A stretch of 64,000 nt of DNA from Spirochaetia bacterium (GTDB lineage Bacteria > Spirochaetota > Spirochaetia > UBA9216): positions 2,048,001 through 2,112,000 of the forward strand of contig OY776510.1 of NCBI GenBank assembly GCA_963675665.1, in the 5' to 3' direction. Positions within the stretch are counted from its first letter, which is position 1. The number at the start of each line of letters is the position of its first letter. Shown here in pieces: positions 58,750-64,000 of this stretch. The position numbers and the translations under genes are program-made. The notes beneath the pieces are model-generated. The model made no database searches. It was not told the origin of the DNA and saw only the letters and a program-made list of their open reading frames with translations.

Positions 58750-59433
58750 TTATTGTTCCGATTTGAAACGGGCTTCCAGGGCTGATGCGTTATTGACGGT
58801 TTTTCTCAGCCATTCCAGCTTTATCAGTTGCTGCTCTTCTTTCGGGAGATTCCATCTGATATCACTGTTTCGCAGTTTCCAGCTCAGATGGTGAAGGGTA
58901 AGCGCGCATGCAACTGAGATGTTGAAGCTTTCAACAAATCCGTGCATTGGAATTTTCAGAAATTCGTCTGCGGATTCTTCAACCTCGCTGCTTATTCCCT
59001 CCAGCTCGGTTCCGAATACCACGGCGGCCTTTCCGCGTTCCAGATCAAAATCTTCAAGGTTCGTATCATTCGTATGGGGTGTGGTTGCTACTATCCGGTA
59101 TCCGTTTTTTTTCAATTCATTTAATGTTTCTGCAGTGCAGTTTTCCCTGGTTTCAGGCTGGTACCGGTTAATGGAAAGCCATTGTGATGTTCCCATATCA
59201 ACTTCTTTATTAGGATTGAAGCTGTTACGGTTTTCGATTACATGTACATCCTGAATTCCAAAACCGTCGCATGAGCGGAGAACGGCGCTTGCGTTATGGG
59301 ATTGGAAAATATCCTCAAGCACTACAGTAATATAACGGGTGCGCTGCCGGAGAATATTGTTCATTTTGCCGAGCCTGGTTTCGGTTACAAATGAAGAAAG
59401 AAATTCAGTAAGTTTCAGTTCGTAATCGGTCAC
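58750..59433 (-). CDS. trmH: TrmH/SpoU family RNA methyltransferase
   Basis: HNASAVLRSCDGFG, VFGTELEG, IPMHGFVESFNISVA. Confidence 0.88.
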   Translation of the reverse strand: MTDYELKLTEFLSSFVTETRLGKMNNILRQRTRYITVVLEDIFQSHNASAVLRSCDGFGIQDVHVIENRNSFNPNKEVDMGTSQWLSINRYQPETRENCTAETLNELKKNGYRIVATTPHTNDTNLEDFDLERGKAAVVFGTELEGISSEVEESADEFLKIPMHGFVESFNISVACALTLHHLSWKLRNSDIRWNLPKEEQQLIKLEWLRKTVNNASALEARFKSEQ

Positions 59434-60737
59434 TAACTTTTATCCTCATCGGATAATAACGGAGGCATCCATGAACCAAGCTCCGCAAGATTTTCAGTGA
59501 GATTCTTGATCTCATCCCTCAGTACAAATATACAGTCGTTTTTCTTTGCCGAACCGGTAACTATATCTTCGGCAAGAGCCCGGCATGTCGGTGCGCCGCA
59601 GGACCCGCAGTCAAGCCCGGGTAAGGAATTATATATTTCTTCGATCTGCGCCATCTTTTCAAGTGCTTTCCTGAAATTTTCATCGAGTTTTAACCCCTCA
59701 CGCGGCTGAATTTCTGTATTCATCTTCAGCATTGCTTTTGAATTCGGTGCGAGTTTTCCGCCCCTGTTTTCGTCCCCAATTTTGCCTGCTTTTCTGATTA
59801 TTCTCGCTTTGCTGATATAAGGATTTTCTACTGTCAGCGCGCCTCCTACACATCCGCCGGGACATGCCATGGCTTCAATGAAATCAACATGCTTGATTTT
59901 CCCGTTTTCAAGCTCTTCAAGAAATTTGATCACATTATCAATGCCGTCGACGGCGACTGTTTCAGACCAGTCTGTAGAGTGGCTTTCACCTTCGCTTTTT
60001 GCCCAGTTTACACCCCGCGATGAAGCCCTTCCGAGCTTTTCCACTTCGGTCAGGTTGGAAGCAGTGTTCAGAAGGGTAACGAAGATATCGTTTATAGCAA
60101 TTACTCCGTCTACCGATGATTTTTGTGAGCCCAGAGGATTTCGGACGGCAGTAATTTTTGCCGGGCAGGGGCTGATGAAAAAGACGCCGATGTTTTTTTT
60201 ATCGGGATAGATATCATTCTTGACTATTCTTGCTGCAATTTCCATCGGGGATTCAATTCTGATAATCTGATCGATAAGCCCCGGGAAACGGGTCTGGATA
60301 AGCCTTACTATTGCAGGACATGAAGATGAAATCCATGGAATATTTTCGTCTTTTTCCTTTAATGCCTTTTTCAATTCTTCTGTTACAATATCGGCCGCTT
60401 CAGCCGCTTCAAATATATCGTCAAAGCCTATTTTTTTAAGCGAGGTAAGAATCATATCGATTGAATAGTGATCTTTAAACTGTCCGTAAAGTGTCGGGGC
60501 CGGAATAGCTACGGTAAAATCAAAACGATCGAGCATTTCCAGTTTGTCGGATTGCGCCCGTTTGGCATGATGCGGACATACTCTTATGCATTCTCCGCAG
60601 TCGATGCAGCGTTCTTCTATTATTGAGGCTTTTCCCTGGCGGACTCTGATAGCCTCTGTAGGGCAATGCGAAATACAGGTAGTGCATCCTTTGCATTTTT
60701 CCCGGTCAAGGACTACCGAATGAATACGATTTTTCAC
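59433..60737 (-). CDS. [FeFe]-hydrogenase-like Fe-S protein (putative sensory, group C/D type)
   Basis: Two N-terminal 4Fe-4S motifs, SSSCPA, SPCPAK, EAMACPGGCVGG, C-terminal DCGSCGAPTC. Confidence 0.85.
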   Translation of the reverse strand: MKNRIHSVVLDREKCKGCTTCISHCPTEAIRVRQGKASIIEERCIDCGECIRVCPHHAKRAQSDKLEMLDRFDFTVAIPAPTLYGQFKDHYSIDMILTSLKKIGFDDIFEAAEAADIVTEELKKALKEKDENIPWISSSCPAIVRLIQTRFPGLIDQIIRIESPMEIAARIVKNDIYPDKKNIGVFFISPCPAKITAVRNPLGSQKSSVDGVIAINDIFVTLLNTASNLTEVEKLGRASSRGVNWAKSEGESHSTDWSETVAVDGIDNVIKFLEELENGKIKHVDFIEAMACPGGCVGGALTVENPYISKARIIRKAGKIGDENRGGKLAPNSKAMLKMNTEIQPREGLKLDENFRKALEKMAQIEEIYNSLPGLDCGSCGAPTCRALAEDIVTGSAKKNDCIFVLRDEIKNLTENLAELGSWMPPLLSDEDKS

Positions 60738-61153
60738 AGATCTATCCTTATTGTTACAACGGTCCCTTTTCCCTTTTCGGATTCTATTTTAAGGCTGTTT
60801 GAGTTTTTCCTGATGTTCGGAAGGCCAAGGCCTGCGCCGAATCCCATTTCCCTGATCTCTGCAGATGCGGTTGAATATCCTTCCTGCATTGCCAGTTCAA
60901 TATCTTCAATACCCGGGCCTTCATCCTTAAAGATGATCAGAATATGGTCGTCTTCTATTACTACACTGCCTGTGCCGCCGCCGCCGTGGATGATTGTATT
61001 TATTTCAGCCTCATACATTGCAATTGCTGTTCTCTTGATAATATCCGACGGAATCCCGAGTTGTTTCAATGTTTTCTTGAAACTGCTGGACGCCTGGCCG
61101 TAGGACATGGGATCGTTGGGATCTATAACGAATTCTTTTCTGAATAACTCCAT
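60734..61153 (-). CDS. Anti-sigma regulatory factor, RsbT-like Ser/Thr kinase
   Basis: YEAEIN..IH, DEGPGI, GYST, GAGLGLPN. Confidence 0.9.
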   Translation of the reverse strand: MELFRKEFVIDPNDPMSYGQASSSFKKTLKQLGIPSDIIKRTAIAMYEAEINTIIHGGGGTGSVVIEDDHILIIFKDEGPGIEDIELAMQEGYSTASAEIREMGFGAGLGLPNIRKNSNSLKIESEKGKGTVVTIRIDL

Positions 61154-61182
61154 TCTGAGTCAATATAGCACTGAACGGGTGT

Positions 61183-61569
61183 TCAGTCTACGTACTTCAT
61201 AATTACTTCAATAAGAGACCTCTCGTTAAGCGGCTTTACAACTACGTCGTCCATTCCGGCATCAAGAAACTTCTTTCTGTCGGAAGGAAAGGCATGTGCG
61301 GTTAATGCAATTACAGGCAGATGTTCAGTCTCGGGTTCCTGCTGTCGAATTTTTATAGTTGCATCAATACCGTTGAGATTGGGCATGCTTATATCCATCA
61401 GTACTACATCGTATTTATTCTTTTTTATATAGTCCAGGGCCTCAAGTCCGTCTGCAGCTTCATGGATGTCCCAGCCTTTTCGTTCAAGAATTGTGGTTAT
61501 GTACATTCGATTAATAGCTTCATCTTCTGTGACCAGAACTTTCAGTTTTTTATTTCTGAGGTCAGACAT
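61183..61569 (-). CDS. Single-domain response regulator (CheY-like)
   Basis: EDE, LMDISMP..G, IALTA, KP. Confidence 0.92.
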   Translation of the reverse strand: MSDLRNKKLKVLVTEDEAINRMYITTILERKGWDIHEAADGLEALDYIKKNKYDVVLMDISMPNLNGIDATIKIRQQEPETEHLPVIALTAHAFPSDRKKFLDAGMDDVVVKPLNERSLIEVIMKYVD

Positions 61570-61694
61570 TACGCTCTCCAATAGCAGAATATTACATTAT
61601 AATTTTAGGCAAATTAACATGCTTTTAGCAAGTCTATAACGCAGTTTTTTTAAATTCTCCAAATTAATTCTTTTCCCGCTGTTGAGAGTTGTTA

Positions 61695-63716
61695 TTACTG
61701 TCTGTTTTTGTCCTGATTCTTTTGTTTGATCAAATCTGCGAGAGTAAAAGTATCGGAACTGTTTTCGGAATATTGTTTTATCAGCTTTCTTGCTACTGCT
61801 TTTTCCTTTTGCGAGGGTTTGCGGTATCCGTACGGATTTCTGTCTTCAGGTTCTTCTTCGTACCCGCATGACAAGGAGCGGCAAACGTAGATTTCCCGAC
61901 CCTTTTTATCTTTGACCGGCATCATCATTCTTCCGCATAACGGGCAGGGTTTGTTGCTGAAGTCAGCAGGCTTATAACTCTTTCCGCCGGTTTTAACAGA
62001 CGCTACAAGTTCTTCCGTGTTCTTTTTGATGTCGGCTGTAAACGAGCCCGCTTTTTCCCTGCCTTCGGCAATACCTGCCAGTCGGAGTTCCCATTCTGCT
62101 GTTAACTCCGGAGATTTAAGCTGTTCAGGTGCCAGGGTCAGGACTTCATCGCCGGCCCGGGTAATTCTCAGAACGCCGTTGCTGCGTTCGATGTATCGGT
62201 TTGAAATTAGTTTTTCTATAATATCAGCCCGGGTTGCCGGGGTTCCTAGGTTGTGTTTCTCCATCGATGCAAGGAGCGTCGCTTCAGTCAGGTGAGGCGG
62301 AGGGGTTGTCTGTTTCTGCTGAAGCTGTGTTTTTTCAATCCTGAGTTTTTGGCCCGTTTCGAGATCTCCTGTTCGTCCGGATCCTGTTTCTTCAGAATCG
62401 GACACATCCACTGCGCGGAATTCTATCGCACGCCAGCCTTCGCTGATTACATTTGAAGAGCTTATAAAAAATGATTCTCCGGCTGCACGAATCTCGGCGC
62501 TTTTTTTAACATATTTATGCGAAGGCGACAGAACCGCCAGAAAACGTTTCACAATCATGTTCCACAGGGCTTTTTCTTCTGCCGAAAGCCTGTCGGTTTT
62601 TACATTTTCTTCCGTCGGGATTATGGCATGGTGATCACTTACCCTGCTGTCGTCAAACAGGCGTTTTCCGGGTTTTGGGTTTGAATTCAGAATTTCATTC
62701 GCGCGTTTCTTCCAGTCCGTTCCGTTCAGGGCTTTGAGCCTTTCGGGAATGGTCGGTTCAATGTCGGCAGTAAGATAGCGTGAGTCGGTCCGGGGGTATG
62801 TGACGATTTTATGGCGTTCATAGAGTCCCTGAAGGATCTTCAGTGTCTGTTTCGCCGAATATCCGAGCGTACGGTTGGCTTCCTGCTGCAGCGCCGTCAG
62901 GTCATAAGCCAGCGGCGGGGGGACGCTGTGGTCCTTCTCTGTTACGCTGATTATTTCTGCTTCGGCATTTTTCAGTTTTGAACCGAGTTCCGCCGCGGCT
63001 GTTTCACTGAAGATCCTGCTGCCGGATTTTCCGCGCCATGATGCTGAAAACCCTCCGAAATTAGCCTCAAGCGTCCAGTAGGGTTTTGGTTTGAAATCAC
63101 GAATCTGCTGTTCACGGGCCTGCACCATGGCAAGCGACGGTGTCTGGACGCGGCCTGCAGACAGCCGGGTGTCGTATGTGCATGACAGGGCGCGCGTTAC
63201 ATTAAGCCCTATAAGCCAGTCCGCTTCTGCGCGGCATTCGGCCGCATGCATCAATTTATCGTAATCACGGCCGGGTTTCAGGTTTTTCATGCCTTCGAGT
63301 ATGGCTTTATCCGTTTGTGAGCTTATCCACAGGCGCTGAAACGGGCCTTTATACCCGGCCAGCCGCATTATCCACCGTGCAACAAGTTCTCCTTCGCGCC
63401 CGGCGTCGGTTGCGATTATCAGGTTTCCGACATCGTTTCGATGCATCAGTTTTTTAATCGTACTGAACTGTTGTGATGTTCGTCCTATAACCTTATGCTT
63501 CATCCGTTCAGGGATTATAGGCAGATGATCTGTTTTCCATTCCCTGAATGCAGGATCATGGGCGCCCGGATCAGCCAGCTCAACAAGATGTCCCATTGCC
63601 CAGGTTACAATATAATTATCGCCTTCGATATGGCTTTTGGTCTTTTTTCCGCATTTGAGAACGCGGGCAAGCTCGCGCCCTACGCTCGGCTTCTCGGCGA
63701 GGATTAATGTTTTCAT
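61695..63716 (-). CDS. topB: DNA topoisomerase III
   Basis: AEKPSV, ATDAGREGE, RLWISS, SAGRVQTP, TYPRTDS, DHHAIIPT, LGTPATR, C-terminal zinc ribbon. Confidence 0.92.
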   Translation of the reverse strand: MKTLILAEKPSVGRELARVLKCGKKTKSHIEGDNYIVTWAMGHLVELADPGAHDPAFREWKTDHLPIIPERMKHKVIGRTSQQFSTIKKLMHRNDVGNLIIATDAGREGELVARWIMRLAGYKGPFQRLWISSQTDKAILEGMKNLKPGRDYDKLMHAAECRAEADWLIGLNVTRALSCTYDTRLSAGRVQTPSLAMVQAREQQIRDFKPKPYWTLEANFGGFSASWRGKSGSRIFSETAAAELGSKLKNAEAEIISVTEKDHSVPPPLAYDLTALQQEANRTLGYSAKQTLKILQGLYERHKIVTYPRTDSRYLTADIEPTIPERLKALNGTDWKKRANEILNSNPKPGKRLFDDSRVSDHHAIIPTEENVKTDRLSAEEKALWNMIVKRFLAVLSPSHKYVKKSAEIRAAGESFFISSSNVISEGWRAIEFRAVDVSDSEETGSGRTGDLETGQKLRIEKTQLQQKQTTPPPHLTEATLLASMEKHNLGTPATRADIIEKLISNRYIERSNGVLRITRAGDEVLTLAPEQLKSPELTAEWELRLAGIAEGREKAGSFTADIKKNTEELVASVKTGGKSYKPADFSNKPCPLCGRMMMPVKDKKGREIYVCRSLSCGYEEEPEDRNPYGYRKPSQKEKAVARKLIKQYSENSSDTFTLADLIKQKNQDKNRQ

Positions 63717-63791
63717 GGAGCTGATTTTAATATTAATCATTAAAAGTTGAAAGTCGGTTTATATATTCGGGGTCATCAGTATTTAATACCT

Positions 63792-64000
63792 TTATTCAAA
63801 CCTTTCAATTACAGCCTTTTCATGTAATTCGGAAAGTAAACGGGCAAGTGCTTTTTGTTTTTCTTCTTCTGAAATACTGCCAAGTTCATATCCCGCACTT
63901 TTCAGCTCACTGGTTGCGAGAAGATCTATCCTGAGAGATGTCCGGATTTCTTCCCTCAGCCTGTTTTCGGATATACCTGTCTGTTTAAGAAAATTATAAT
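63792..64000 (-). CDS. 3' part of a gene, SurA N-terminal-domain-like (partial)
   Basis: Open frame from window end: YNFLKQTGISENRLREEIR...LARLLSELHEKAVIERFE*. Confidence 0.5.
   Translation of the reverse strand, partial: YNFLKQTGISENRLREEIRTSLRIDLLATSELKSAGYELGSISEEEKQKALARLLSELHEKAVIERFE

Overview
Chromosomal window from an anaerobic spirochaete, probably Spirochaetaceae-like. This is inferred from FAGGQQE-type binding-protein signal peptides, spirochaete-type hypothetical proteins and a His-Arg-Lys-Leu-Gly tRNA cluster ahead of tig-clpP-clpX-lon. Main content: (1) a divergent PflD-like glycyl-radical-enzyme locus with activase, an unusual 605-aa ROK-fold protein, a CUT2 sugar ABC importer, a ROK kinase lacking the anomeric-OH-binding Glu, and a DeoR regulator with a duplicated operator. 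This is a candidate PTS-independent pathway for radical catabolism of an anhydro/1-deoxy sugar. (2) A PocR-AraC / corrinoid protein / MtaA-thioredoxin fusion / CobW / RACo methyltransferase module behind a cobalamin riboswitch whose layout suggests an ON switch. (3) Housekeeping genes (pepF, rdgB, lon, clpX, clpP, tig, five tRNAs, rarA, nadE, topB). (4) An AT-rich XRE plus His-less kinase islet next to a duplicated lon 3' end. (5) TRAP-IclR, tupABC behind a P3-less Moco/Tuco riboswitch, orphan peptide-type permeases, a candidate sRNA, and a sensory [FeFe]-hydrogenase-like/RsbT pair. Many housekeeping genes look leaderless. No CRISPR array, rRNA, transposase or integrase was seen. All calls come from reading motifs by eye; no database searches were run.
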